Part shown: positions 46,101 through 58,200 of the stretch, piece after piece
Layout: every line of letters starts with the position of its first letter
How positions within the stretch are numbered: the stretch's first letter is position 1
Assembly (NCBI RefSeq): GCF_964188315.1
Contig: NC_135657.1
Coordinates: 434,001-498,000 of the forward strand
Direction of reading: 5' to 3'
DNA length: 64,000 bases
Source: Podarcis muralis
Lineage: Eukaryota
Position numbers and translations under genes: made by a program
The notes under the pieces: model-generated
Seen by the model: only the letters and a program-made list of their open reading frames with translations
What the model was told of the DNA's origin: nothing
Database searches by the model: none

Positions 46101-47078
46101 CTGCCCCGCCCTGCCCCATCAGGCTGCCTGCCTCAGGTGCCATCCTCAGCAATGGGGCACCCAGCCAGTCTCCCCATGGAAACACAGGAATAATGAGGGT
46201 TCTACTAATAATAATTTATTATTTGTCCCCCAGCCATCTGACTGGGTTGCGCCAGTCGCTCTGGGTGGCTTCCAACGAAAAATACAAAGGGGAGAAAACC
46301 AACCACCACCAAACATTAAAAGCTTCCCATCAGAGGACTGCCTTCAGAAGTCTACAAAAAGTTATATAGTTGTTTAATTCTTTGGCATCTGCCAGGAGGG
46401 CATTCCACTGGGCAGGCACAACTCCTGGTTCCCTCTAAATTCACTTTTTGCAATGAGAGAACTACCAAAAAGGCATTTCATTTTAGCACCTCTACTTTCC
46501 TTTTTTGTGGTATCTGAAAAAGGGTGGGGGGGCAGCAATAGCATCGCTGCTTCACAACCCGCAACCTTTCCCCTTCAAAAATGTGTTGAGGTTTTGTATG
46601 GCTTTTTAGAAATGAATCTGTGAAGCGGGAAAAGTACCAGTTTGGCAGTGAACACACAAACCACATGTGTTTTACTCCAGTTCCTTTATTATTGTTGCTG
46701 CTGCTGCTGCTGTTATTTCAGTTATATCACTATCCAAAGATCCCAGAATGGTGTGCAACAATTAGAACATTATTTATATGCAGCATAATAATAATAACAG
46801 AATGCACAGCGAAACAAACAAAAAAATAACAACAACAACAACAGTGGGGGGACCCTTTAACAAACATAAGTTATTTAATGGCCAGAGGCCTGGCTAAAGA
46901 GATATGTTTTCACCTCACGCCTAAATATGTTGTTGTTGTTGTTCTTAAGATTTATATGCTATATACTACCCTTCATCCTAAGATTTCAGGATGGTTCGCA
47001 GGATGCAATGATGGTGCCAGATGAGCCTCGCTGGGGAGAGCATCCCACCACAGAAAAGGCCTGTTCTTTAGTGGGTGC

Positions 47079-47137
<59 letters not shown>

Positions 47138-50100
47138 TTTCTACCCTGCCCATCTGGCTGGGTCTCCCCAGCCACTCTGGGCAGCTTTCAACAGAACCTT
47201 AAAAAGAGAATAAAACTTCAAAAATTAAAAACTTCCCTAAACAGGGCTGCCTTCAGAAGGGAAGCCCTCACAAGCCAAAGTGTGGGGAGAAAGGAAAGTG
47301 TGGCGCCAAGTGCAGAGTCACAAGGGGCACGGAGTTGGGTCGCCAAAGAAAGGTGTGGCGCCTGTGTGAAATGACTTGCGGTGCGTTTGTGTCTTCTTGT
47401 GCTCCCTGCAGCATCCCAGCCTCCGCCATCCACCCGGCGGTGGTGCGCCTCGGCCTCCAGTACTCTCAGGGCACCATCAATGGCTCCAACGCCCGCTGCA
47501 TTGCCCTCTTGAGGGTCTTCAAACAGGTGTGTGGAAGGTTCTGGGTGGGGTTGCGCAAAGGTGGTTTGCTGCAAGGAAGCGCCAAGGTAGGTGCAGTGCA
47601 GCAGAGTAGCCTGACTTCACACCCACACCCTGCCTGGCTGCCAGTCAGGGCTGGCATCGCACTCGCATCTCCCGGGTGAGCAGCCCAGGCAGTGGCAGCA
47701 TCCTGGCGTCACTGACATTTCCGGAGGCTCTTCAGGGGTAGCCCCAAGCAGAGGGTGTGCCAGCAGTCTCAAGAGAGGAGTTGGCCTTTCCAGAAAACAG
47801 GCAAAGCCTGTCTGGGTGGACAGAAGCAAAGCCAGGCTCCAGGGGGACCCCATCTGCAATATGGCAGTGCGGGAATTTCATTCCTGCTGTTGGCCTCCCT
47901 CGGTCTCCAGAGACAATGGAGTGTGCCTCCGGGGGTGAAGCCAAACTGCTGCATTGGAAACAGTGAAGTGACCTCCCCGGGATGCAAACCTGGGCAGCGT
48001 GTCTGGAGGTCTAGGGCTGCCCAGAGAACAAGACCCCCCCCCCCTTGATCTCGCTGATGGGGTCCAAAGGAAAGCAGAGCAAGACATTTGGCACCAGCTT
48101 GGCTGCAGGAGTTGCGGGAATGAGGTGTACCGAGCGCCATCCAACCATCTTGGGTTTACTCCTGAGCAGGATGCGGGTGGCGCTGTGGTCTAAACCACAG
48201 AGCCTCTTGGGCTTGCCAGTCGGAAGGTCGGCGGTTTGAATCCCTGTGGAATAGTTAGCTCCCATTGCTCTGTCCCTGCTCCTGGCAACCTAGCAGTTTG
48301 ATAGCACACCAGTGAAAGTAGATAAATAGGTACCACTGTGGCGGGAAGGTAAATGGCGTTTATGTGCAATCTGGTTTCCATCACAGTGTCCTGTTGTGCC
48401 AGAAGCGGTTTGGTCCTGCTGGCCACATGACCCAGAAAGCTGTCTGTGGACAAACACCAACTCCCTTGGCTGGAAAGCGAGATGAGCGCCACAACCCCAT
48501 AGTCACCTTTGACTGGACTTCACCGCCAGGGGTCCTTTACCTTTTCGCTCCTGAGCCTTTTCTTCCCCCAAAGATGTCCCACAAGCAGAGGTTTAGGATC
48601 TGAGTTTTCCTCCTCCTCGTTGTTGTTGTTGTTGTTGTTATTAACATACATATATTAAATTTAATTATTAATTTTGTATACTGCCTCTTCAAGGCAGTTC
48701 ACAGCAAAAAAAATACAAGATAAAATACAAAAAACAAACCGAAGAAACCAATAATGCACCACTCCCTCCAACAACAACACAAATATTATTATTAAATTTA
48801 TATCCCCGCCCCTCTAGTTTTCCTCATATTGGTGCTCAAGATCAGAGAAGGCAGAATTAACCTATGGAAGCAGCGTTGGGAACTAGCCTTGGGGGCTGTG
48901 GAAGGGCTGGGTGGGATTAGGAGAGGTCTGTGGGTGGCCTCTGTCTCCCGTGCCCCTGCAGAGGTCGGCGGGCCTCCCAGGAGAGGCGTCTGGCTGGCCC
49001 CGGGCGGAATCAGGGCGCTGGGTGAGCTGCCATCTCATGGCCGCCGCCCCTCTTGTCGTCCCGGCAGGTGATTGAGGACTACACCACCCCAGCCAACGAG
49101 GAGCTCTCGCGGGACCTGGTGAACAAGCTGAAGCCCTACATCAGGTGACGGGGAGGGGCTGGCCCCCCTTGGGGAAAGAGAGGGAGGGGGCAGGGGGGGC
49201 CATGAGGCTGGGCTGAGCGCTCCTTTCCTCCTGCAGCTTCCTGAACCAGTGCCGGCCCCTGTCTGCCAGCATGGGCAACGCCATCAAATTCCTCAAGAAG
49301 GAGATCTCTGGGCTGCCCGCCTCCAGGCGCGAGGAGGAGGTGCGTCCAGCAGCGCCTTGGGGGGCAGGGGCCTGGGCTGGCCATGGGGTCCGTGGCAGGC
49401 ACAAGAGGGGCACCGTCTCTCTGCCACGCTCCCTGGCGGGTTTGAGTGGCAGCGGAGCCCACCACAAGTTGTCAGACCTCTCTGGGTTCGTCCTTGGGGT
49501 GGTAGCCCTGTCCCTGTGCCAGCTTGGGAGGCAGAGGGCTTCTTGGTGTCCTCCGGGGGCTCCTCCCGTCTCGGAGATGGGCCAGAGAGTGTGGCGTGAC
49601 CAGGCCCCCCTCCCGTGACAGGCCAAGCGGGACCTCCAAAAGGCCATTGACTGCTACGAGCGGGAGAAGATCGTCTTGGCGGCCAAAGCCATTTCCAAGT
49701 CTGCCTTAGAGAAGATCAACGACGGGGACGTCATCCTCATCTATGGATGGTACGGAGTCGAGGGTCTGGGGTGGGCACCCTGCTGTGGGTGGCAAGGGTC
49801 TTGTCGGCTGGGGAGCCGAGGTGTTGGAGGGGGCTGGCCCCCGGGAGGCCTGTTGGAGCCCGGCCTGCAGCTCCCGCCCCTGGCTGGGCTGACCTGTGCC
49901 CCACGAGCAGGGCCGCCTTACCCATAGGCACTAGGGGTGTGGGGCACCTGGGCACCAGCCCAAGAGTCCGGGGCCTGAGAGTTGAGTCCGGGGAAGAGCC
50001 CGCCCGTCGGTTGGAGTGCCACGGCGGGCTCTTTTGCTGCGGCAGGCTGCACCACGAGTTCGAGGGCGACCGAGAGCCAGCGAGACGCTGAGACAGCCCT

Positions 50101-51189
50101 GCCCGTGAGATGGGTTGTGAGAGCAGCAGAGGGTGGCAGGAGCAGGAAGCCCCCTCCTCACCCCTTGCCTGCGTTTGCCTGCCAGCTCCTCCCTGGTGAC
50201 GCGCATCCTCTGCGACGCCCACACCCAGTGCCGCTCTGCAGGCCGTGCCTTCCGTGTGGTGGTGGTGGACAGCCGCCCACGGCTGGAGGGGCAGGAGACG
50301 CTGCGCCGACTGGTCAAGCAGGGCATCTGCTGCAGCTACGTCCTCATCAACGCCGTCTCCTACGTCTTGCCCGAGGTGAGGAGGCGGCAGGGGAGCGGGC
50401 AGGCTCTTTCTGCTGGCAGGCGGACTCCGCAAAGGCTTTGTGCCTCTGCCCTGGCTGAGTCTGGGCGGGGGCTTCCCCCGGCACCCTCGCTGGGCGTGAA
50501 AGAGTGTCGAGATCCCCAGCTCCGCTTCCTCCCCTGGCAGGTCTCCAAAGTGCTTCTGGGCGCGCATGCGCTGTTGGCCAACGGCTCCGTGATGTCGCGC
50601 ATGGGCACCTCACAGATCGCGCTGCTTTCGAAGGCCCACAACGTGCCGGTCCTGGTCTGCTGCGAGACCTACAAGTTCTGCGAGAGAGTCCAGACTGACT
50701 CCTTCGTCTCCAACGAGCTGGGTACGCTGCAGGTCCCTTGGGGGTGGGGAGTTGGAGGACCCACTAAGAAGAGAGGGAGCATCAGGGAAATGCCCAGCTG
50801 GCACTTTTTGCTAATGCCATGGGAACACCCGTTTCCCTCCCCACAGCCCTCTGTAAGTTGAGAGGGTCTTGGTGCACGTACAGGGCACTCCCTCCCTCAA
50901 CTAGCAGGGGCAACTGTCTGCCATGGCAGCAAGCAGAGTAGGGGAAGCCTGTAGGGCCCCGGGCAGCCCCTCCTGCCTTTGAACTCAGGAAGCCGCCTTG
51001 TCCTCGAAGGTGAACAAGGAGATGCTGCTGAGCTCCTTCTACATGCCAAGCAGATGATCTGCCATGGAGCCCAGGCCCTTGCACTCAAGCCCCGTTATTG
51101 GGGCTGCCCCAGAGCTTGGCCTTGGGAGGGAGGGAGAACCCTAACCCTCCTCTTGCCGGGGGGTGGGGGGGTGGGGAATAATAATAACA

Positions 51190-51226
<37 letters not shown>

Positions 51227-51831
51227 GGCAGCTTCCTCTGGGCGGCTTCCAGCGGAATATTAAAATACAATGGTCTGTTAAACACTAAAAGCTTCCCTAA
51301 ACAGGGCTGCCTTCAGATGTCTTCTAAAAGTCTGGTAGTTGTTCTCTTTGACATCTGGTGGGAGGGGGTTCCACAGGGCGGGTGCCACCACCGAGAAGGC
51401 CCTCTGCCTGGTTCCCTATAACTTGGCTTCTTGCGGGGAGGGAACCGCCAGAAGGCCCTCAGTGCTGGACCTCAGTGTCTGGGCTGAACGATGAGGGTGG
51501 AGACGCTCCTTCAGGTCTACTGGACCGAGGCCATTTAGGGCTTTCAAGGTCAGCACCAACACTTTGAATTGTGCTCGGAAACGTCCTGGCATCATCTCTC
51601 TGACCCCGGCTGTCCGCTGTGCCACTTGCAGATGACCCCGATGACCTGATTGGTGGGAAGCCAGGGAGGACCCTGCTGGCCGGCTGGCAGGAGAGCAAGT
51701 CTCTGCGCCTCCTCAACCTGGTCTACGACGTGACGCCCCTGGAGCTGGTGGACCTGGTCATTACGGACTTGGGGATGATCCCTTGCACCTCCGTCCCAGT
51801 TGTGCTGCGGGTCAAGAATGTGGAGCAGTAA
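43111..51831 (+). CDS. EIF2B4: Translation initiation factor eIF2B subunit delta, 526 aa, 12 exons
   Basis: Exons: 43111-43161, 43258-43441, 43539-43715, 43804-43886, 44953-45044, 47412-47526, 49068-49144, 49237-49339, 49622-49749, 50186-50375, 50541-50721, 51632-51831 (1581 nt). Motifs [94 protein letters not shown]. Confidence 0.97.
44154..44280. mobile_element. 127-bp hairpin hAT-Charlie MITE, same family as 6749-6872
   Basis: TIRs caggcacccccaaact / agtttgggggtgcctg; near-TSD gtctaggc / gtctagat; shared internal gactacaa..catccctgaccactggtcctg core. Confidence 0.85.
45057..45679. mobile_element. 623-bp AT-rich non-autonomous hAT element
   Basis: TIRs cagggtggat / atccaccctg and a perfect 8-bp TSD gtgccctc at 45049-45056 and 45680-45687. 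Confidence 0.9.
46205..46440 (-). mobile_element. L2 3' fragment
   Basis: Same terminus as the other L2 copies (tttgtcccccagccatctgactgggttgc...gactgccttcagaagtc). Confidence 0.7.
47080..47262 (-). mobile_element. L2 3' end with a long (TAA)n tail
   Basis: (taa)n at about 47080-47135; the minus strand reads [13 protein letters not shown]. Confidence 0.8.
47865..48165 (+). mobile_element. Probable RTE-clade LINE 5'-UTR-like fragment
   Basis: Resembles a lizard interspersed repeat I recall (gagacaatggagtgtgcctccgggggtgaag...ccagcttggctgcaggagttgc). Family not verified. Confidence 0.4.
48169..48544 (+). mobile_element. Full-length Sauria-type SINE
   Basis: A-box-like ggtggcgctgtggtctaa, B-box-like ggtttgaatcc, conserved body and ccttt tail. 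Confidence 0.88.
51190..51586 (-). mobile_element. L2 3' fragment with (TAT)n tail in the last EIF2B4 intron
   Basis: The minus strand reads [31 protein letters not shown]. The element ends about 45 nt from the acceptor at 51631. Confidence 0.82.
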
Positions 51832-51848
51832 TGCCAATGGGTGGGGTC

Positions 51849-51854
51849 AATAAA
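51849..51854 (+). terminator. EIF2B4 polyA signal AATAAA
   Basis: 17 nt after the stop codon; followed by GU-rich tgtgtgtg. Confidence 0.8.
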
Positions 51855-52849
51855 CCTGTGTGTGCCCTGCTCCCTGCCTCCGCTGTGTGTGTGCCTGAGC
51901 GCATGGACAGAACAGGACCACTGGAAGACCTTCCCAAAAGGGGTTGTTGCCATGGATGCGTCTCAAAGTGGGGGGTCGACACGGAGCCCAAACTCTGGGC
52001 TGGGATGTGTGAAGGGGCTTTTCTGGTTCCCTCTGAACAGAGAGGCCACCCTTTTCTGCCTCATCGGTTGGGCAATCCAGCTCTGTAGATCCAGCCCCAT
52101 CAGCCTTGCTCTGCATCCCCACATTTCCATCTTGCTTTGACAATAGAGGGACAAACCCTCCCGATAGGCCCCAAGGTGGTTAGAAATCTTTTAAAGTGTT
52201 ATTATTTATTGAATTTCTATAGTGCCCTTCATCCAAAGATCACAGGGCGGTTCACAACATTCAAGGAAGTGCCAGTCACGGCAGAGCCTGATTCTGTTCA
52301 GATCCTGGTTGGTTCCTGTGGCCCAAGGATGCTCACTGATTTCTTTGCCCACTTTTGGGGCCACCTTCTTGGAACAAACCCAGGGCACTTCACAGAAAAA
52401 TCAGTGTAAGCATGAAAACACAGGACAAAAAACCCAGCAGCCCTATTACATTTAAAGCAGAGTATTGTCAGCTCCTCACCAAGGGCCTATCCAAATGTCC
52501 CCTTTTCTCTGCTGTTATTATTGATGCTAAACTTTTGTCCAGGCTTGTGTCAGATTATGGGGGGGGGGGGGTCGGGTCGGGTGAAGACCACCAAAAGCCT
52601 GTGGTCTCCTGTTCCTCTTGGACCAGCAAAAATGAGAGCCTGAAGGAGCCTTCCTGGCCAAGGGTCAAGAACGGCTGTGTGTCATGGAGGCTTCAGCTAA
52701 GATTCCTGCCTTGCAGGGGGTTGGACTGGATGACCCTCGGGGTCCCGTCTGACGCTCCCGCCCTATGATTGGGGGTGTCAGTGTGCAGGGGGGGGAGCCA
52801 CTGCCTTAAGCGAAGTGGCTCCTTGCTGCCCCTTAAAAGCTGGGGGGGG

Positions 52850-53600
52850 GCCTGTGGCCCCAATCAACGGGCCCGAGAGACCCACAGCTCGCTTGGCGAA
52901 GGCGCCTCGCCGGCTGCTTCGGTTGCCCTTGGGGCCTTTCGCGGGTCCGACGCGTGTCTCCGCGTTCCCACGCCCCTCGACCCGCCGCGGGAGGAACAAA
53001 GAAGCTGCGCGCGGCGCTTCGGCCGCCAGGGGGCGCTGCAGCCCCTTTCCCGGCGAGGCGCGCGGAGGAAGTGACGTGGGCGGCACCCGCGGAGGGGGCG
53101 GGGCTCGCGCGGTTCCGCTCGTCGCGGCCGAAGGGGCGGCGGGGCGGGAGCGCGAAGGCGAAGGCGGCTCCCGAGGCTGCGACGCCCGCGGCGAGCGGAT
53201 GAACGAGGCGGGGAAGAGCCGCCGCCAACGCCGCCGGGAGAGCTTCCGCGTCGCGGGACGGAAGTGACGTCAGTGGCCTGCGGTCATCGCTGCGCGCCCG
53301 TGGCGGCCGCCATCTTGGCTGCTGGGGCCGCCGCTGCCGCTGCTGCTTCGGCCGGAGACCGGCTTCGGCGAGCGAGAGGTGAGGCGCGGGCCGGAGTCGC
53401 CCAGGCCGGGCCCAAGACGCCTCCGCGGGCGCCGGGCGGAGCGGACGGGCCTCGTTCTCCGCGGAAAGAGCGCCTGGCCCCGCCCCCTTCCTGAAGACGG
53501 GCAGGTCTCCCGCTCGGGGGTCTCGCCTGCCCGGCGGGGGGGGGGGAGAGGCCCCCGAGATGCTGCCCCCGATGCAGGTCTCTGGCGGGGGGGGGGAGCG
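52850..53600 (+). promoter_or_regulatory. GTF3C2 CpG-island promoter and non-coding exon 1 (donor at 53378/53379)
   Basis: CTCF-consensus cggccgccagggggcgctg at 53020-53038; GGAAGTGACGT at 53067-53077 and CGGAAGTGACGTCA at 53259-53272; YY1 GCCGCCATCTTG at 53306-53317; gag|gtgagg donor. Confidence 0.8.
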
Positions 53601-53983
53601 GCCCTGGCCAGGCAGCAAGTGCAGGTCAGGGATCCCACTGGATCGCCCAGCACATCAGCTCTGGGCGCCAAAGCTGATCCTTGGCCAGTCCATAGAGAAT
53701 CATGAGATTGTAGAGTTGGGAGGGACCCGGAGGATCCGCCCTGCGGTGCAGGATTAGGCAGCTGCCCCTTGCAGAGATCGAACCTGCAGCCTTGGCCTTA
53801 TCAGCACCAGCCTCTCCCCAGCTGAGCTATCCAGCAGGGCATTAAACTCTCCAGATTAATCTGTGTCACTTGATCGATTGCCCACTTTAAGGGGTAATTA
53901 AGGTAACAAAAACCATTCAGGTATCTCAGATGAATGACTCAATCCGTATCTGATGGAATGAAATAAAAGCAGGATATGTTAAG

Positions 53984-54051
53984 AGTGGCGTGCTCTGGTC
54001 CAGGGGGTCACGAAGAGTTGGACACGACTAAACGACTGAACAACGACAACA
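53984..54051 (+). mobile_element. 68-nt extreme 3' end of BovB with TSD
   Basis: agtggcgtgctctggtccagggggtcacgaagagttggacacgactaaacgactgaacaacgac matches the 30406 element's 3' end; flanked by atgttaag at 53976-53983 and 54052-54059. Confidence 0.88.
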
Positions 54052-54339
54052 ATGTTAAGCATGCATGTGCAACAGCCCGTCTTATTTTGCTATGTAACAT
54101 AGCCAGTGGGGAGATTCCCTTGTCTCGTGAGCTTCCCAGGTTTGTGACATTTATTTTTGCAGTTGAGCTTCACCTGAGCCCCATAGATGCTCCAACCTGT
54201 TAGGGATGAGCAGGCTGCTGTGCCCCCTGAGGGGTCCAAATGGTGTGAGGAGCCTCCCTGAGTGCAGAAGGTTTCCTGTTGCTGAAGCAAAGGGCCCACA
54301 GCCCCCCCCCTTCTGCTCACACAGTGATGGTGCATGGAG

Positions 54340-54460
54340 AGGACAGCCAACCTAAGAGACCAGAGTTCAAATTCCCACAACAAGGAAGCTCACTGGGTGA
54401 GCTTGGGTCATTCACTGTCTCAGCCTAACCCACCTCACAGGATGGTTGTGAAACTAAAAT
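54340..54460 (+). mobile_element. CORE/Squam3-like SINE fragment
   Basis: gagaccagagttcaaattccc...ctcagcctaacccacctcacaggatggttgtg; similar to 56405-56610. Confidence 0.65.
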
Positions 54461-54467
54461 TCATTTA

Positions 54468-54709
54468 CAGTGGTACCTCAGGTTACATACGCTTCAGCTT
54501 ACAAACGCTTCAGGTTAAAGACTCTGCTAACCCAGAAATAGTGCTTCAGGTTAAGAACTTTGCTTCAGGATGAGAACAGAAATCGTGCTCCGGCGGCGCG
54601 GCAGCAGCAGGAGGCCCCATTAGCTAAAGTGGTGCTTCAGGTTAAGAACGGTATCAGGTTAAGATCAGACCTCTGCAACAAATTAAGTACTTAACCCAAG
54701 GTACCACTG
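54468..54709. mobile_element. Tigger/pogo-like MITE
   Basis: TIRs cagtggtacct / aggtaccactg with TA on both sides; internal gcttcaggtta repeats. Confidence 0.88.
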
Positions 54710-55233
54710 TATTTATTCGTTTTATTTCTTAAAATTGTATACCGCCCTTCATTTGAAGATCTCAGGGTGGTTTACTTACGGAAGAATTTCAAAGATCATT
54801 TTATGAAACCCAAGGTAACTATAATAAAACGTTAGGTTTATACTAGTTATTTGGCTCACATTACATTTCCACCGTTTTTCTAATACTGGAAAATTACCAT
54901 CGAGGTGCTATATAGTTTATTAGAGTAGTAACCTCCTACATAAAACCCTGATGTTGTGTGAACATGTTCTTGGAAAAAGGAAGTCCCCCCAAAGCATGTT
55001 CAAAATAAGTAGAATAATTTAGCCCCAGTGACATTTATGTGAGCTCCTTGGAGGAAAACATGGGATCTAAATGCAATAAAATAATTAGAACAGCGCCGTT
55101 TCTTTCATCTGCTTATTTGATCTGAGATGACTGTCCTGCCCACAGCTTTCCTTGTTCCTTTGCCTCTCTCTTTCACAGGCAGGTCCCAGTGCAAGATGGG
55201 AGTCGCACCTGCCTGAGTCACTGTGGTGCCTTC

Positions 55234-58200
55234 ATGGAACCTTGCCCCACGCCAAGCTGTGCCATGGGGATAGCCAGGGAAGCCGCAGACCGAGCAGATG
55301 GATGTGCCAGCCGTATCCTTTGCATGGAGCCTTGCCGTAGAGACCCTTGCTGGGGCGGGCAGAACTATCCTGCCCCAGAAGCACTGGCCTCGGCGGGAGC
55401 AGCGTGTCTGAGCGAGGCAAGCACAGCAGCAGCAGCAATAGGCCCCCCTACGGAAAGCTGCCCGCAGGAAGAATGGCCCAAGCCCCAGAGCCCCCCCTGC
55501 AAGAAGAGCGGCCTAGAGACCAAAGGCAAGCTGCTTTCTACACAGCTGAAGGGGCAAGCAGAGGAGACAGGCGCTCGGGAAGCCCTTGGTACGTCTCTGG
55601 GGGCCAGTGGCTGGGATCCTGTAAACCACCTGCAGAAGGGGACTCCCCAACCCCAAGGCCTCCAGGAAGCCGCTTCTGAGTGTCATGCCGGATTAAGACC
55701 TTTAGAGGCCCTAAGCACTTAGAAGATTTTGGTGCCCCCATGTGTATTGAATTCAAAATATAAACAGTAATTAACCATAAAGTAAAAAAAAAATTTTTGA
55801 AATGAAATGAAACTGAGAAAATGAGCTCTCATCGGATTGATCTGTGACCAGCTAACCTGTGACCATTTCTATTGTGCCCACCTTCCCTTGAGGCCCTAAA
55901 CTGGGCTTATTTTGCTTAATCCAGACTTTGGGGACCCTCTGGGATCTGCCTGGGAGGGGGGCCAGGGCTTGCTGAAGGAGCTGCAAAATTAGGCACAGGC
56001 CCCTTGGGCAAGCAGGTCCTCCTTACTGAACATGCCTGGGAAATGGCGGGGGGGGGGGTCTTCTTCCATTCTACATGCAGGGAGATAATCTGGTGCAGAA
56101 GGTGTGGGGTTCAAGTGGGGGGGGGGTGAGAGGGCAGGTTCTGCCTTTATCTTAGGGAGGGTGATGCCTTTGGGGAGTTGTGGGAAGGAGGGAGTTGGGG
56201 CAGCATCACAGCACCTGAAATCTCTGCAGAAATGGTTCTGATGAGATTCTGGGGAGGATTTGGGTAGAACCTGTAACTCCGCAGGGACTGGGAGGAGCGC
56301 TGAGGAAGACCCTGAGGTCCCAGGCAAGCTGGATGAGCAGCTGCTGGACTCCACAGTTAAGGACACAACCACACATACTCTCTGTGATCACTGCCACGGT
56401 CACAGTGTGGTGCAATGCTTGGAGCATTGGACTAGGACTTGGGAGACCAGGGGTTGAATCCACGCTCCGCTGTGAAGCTCGCTGGGTAACCTTGAGAGCC
56501 AGTCACTGCCCCTCGGCCTCACCTACCTCACAAGGTTGTTGTGTGAATGAAATGAGTGGAGATCTGCCCCCATGACCTTGAGACACTTGGAGGAAAAGGT
56601 CGGATATAAATGAAATAAGTGCAGCAATGATGGTTTTTTGCGAGAGGAGGAGCTCCCATCGGCTTGACTAGGAAGACTTTTTTTGTTAACCCTAATTACA
56701 GTGCTAATGAGGTCTTTTTTGCTAGGGTTGCCGTGTGTGTGGAGAAGTTAATCCTTCTCTACCTGTGTGCTGCAGTCCTGACAAAATGACCCCTGCCGAG
56801 AAAGAGGCCATGTGCAGCCCTCCCTATAAAAATAAGTCCATCCCTCTGGCTCCCTGTCCTCAGACCTGGCAGGCTTCAGTTGTGGGGAGCTGAGGCTGGA
56901 AGTGAGGAGGGGAGGCAGGAGCTGGGAGCCCTCTTCTGCCTGGCGTGGCAGCGGCTACTTACCTAACCTGGCCCTTCCTTTTCCAAGCAGATGGACTCTG
57001 CGCTTCCCCAGAGGCAGCCTTGGTTCCTGCCAAAGAGCAGCCGGCAGCTCTCCCGTCCGCCCAGAAGCGCCCGCGTGGTCGCAGGCCCCGCAAGAAGAGA
57101 GGCGCCGCCGGCAGAGGCCCTGCCCGCCAGGAGCCCCAGGGACCCCCCGAGGCCCCCGGGCCTTCGGAGAACGGCCCGCCCCTGCCTGTGAAAGTGCCGA
57201 AGAAGCGGGGGCGCAAGTCCAAGGCGGAGCTGCTCCTGAGGAAGCTGTCGCAGGGACTGGAGTGTCAGGCGCCCGAACCCCTCTGCCAACAGAAGCTGCT
57301 GGCCGGTGATGGAGGGCTGGACTGTCTGGAGACGACGCCCGGGGGGCGCCCAAAGCGGAGGGCGGCAAAAGTGTAAGCGAGAGGCGTTGATGGGCAGGGG
57401 GAGGAACTCGCTGGTGAGTGGCGCTGCCTTCTTAGGCCCAGGGGGGAAAGGAGGCAGCGATGGCCGCCAGCTTGGAAGGCTTTAAAAGGGGATTGAATGT
57501 CAAGAGAGGCTGCTTGATCAGGCCTGTTGCCCATTGAGCCCAGATTCCTGTTCTTACAGTGACCAAATGCCCCAGGGAACCTAGGAATCTAGATAGACTG
57601 CCTCTGGACTTGGATATTCTATAACAACAGAAGAAAAAACTGCTGGATTAAGCCAGCGGCCTATCTAGTCCAGCATCCTGGTCTCTTTTTTTTCCAAATT
57701 TTTTTATTGCTTTTTCACAAAATTTTAAACACACAGATAAACAAATAAACCAACAAACATAAGTCATAACCTTAATCACTTAACATCTTTCTTTCTTTCC
57801 AGTTCAGCATTAAACATATTAATTCATCATATTACATATTTAAATCCTAAGCTTATCTGGTGTTTGCAAGCTTTTCCAATTAGTTTAAAGCTTCAAACCT
57901 TTAGTCCAACTTTTCTATGCTTGCTGTATTACGATTTAAACAATCTCTAATATCATTCAGTATTGTGAATGATTCCTCAAAGGGTTGATTTTTAGAGCCA
58001 CGTCTTGTTTTGTCTGCAGACATAATGGCTTAGGAATTCCAAGGTCGGTCCCACAGCCTGGTGTAGTGAGAGAAAAAAACAGATTCCCTCCACCAGTCCC
58101 ACAGGTGCCAGCCAGACAGCAGCCTCCCTGTTCTTTAAAAACAGGCTGAGAAGAGAGAATTATTTCCCCCCCCAAGTCCCCCCCCTTTTTTAAAAAAAAT

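Noticed and set aside
56073-56101. Possible 21-nt GTF3C2 microexon (cag|GGAGATAATCTGGTGCAGAAG|gt)
   Set aside because: In the required phase it contains an immediate TAA.
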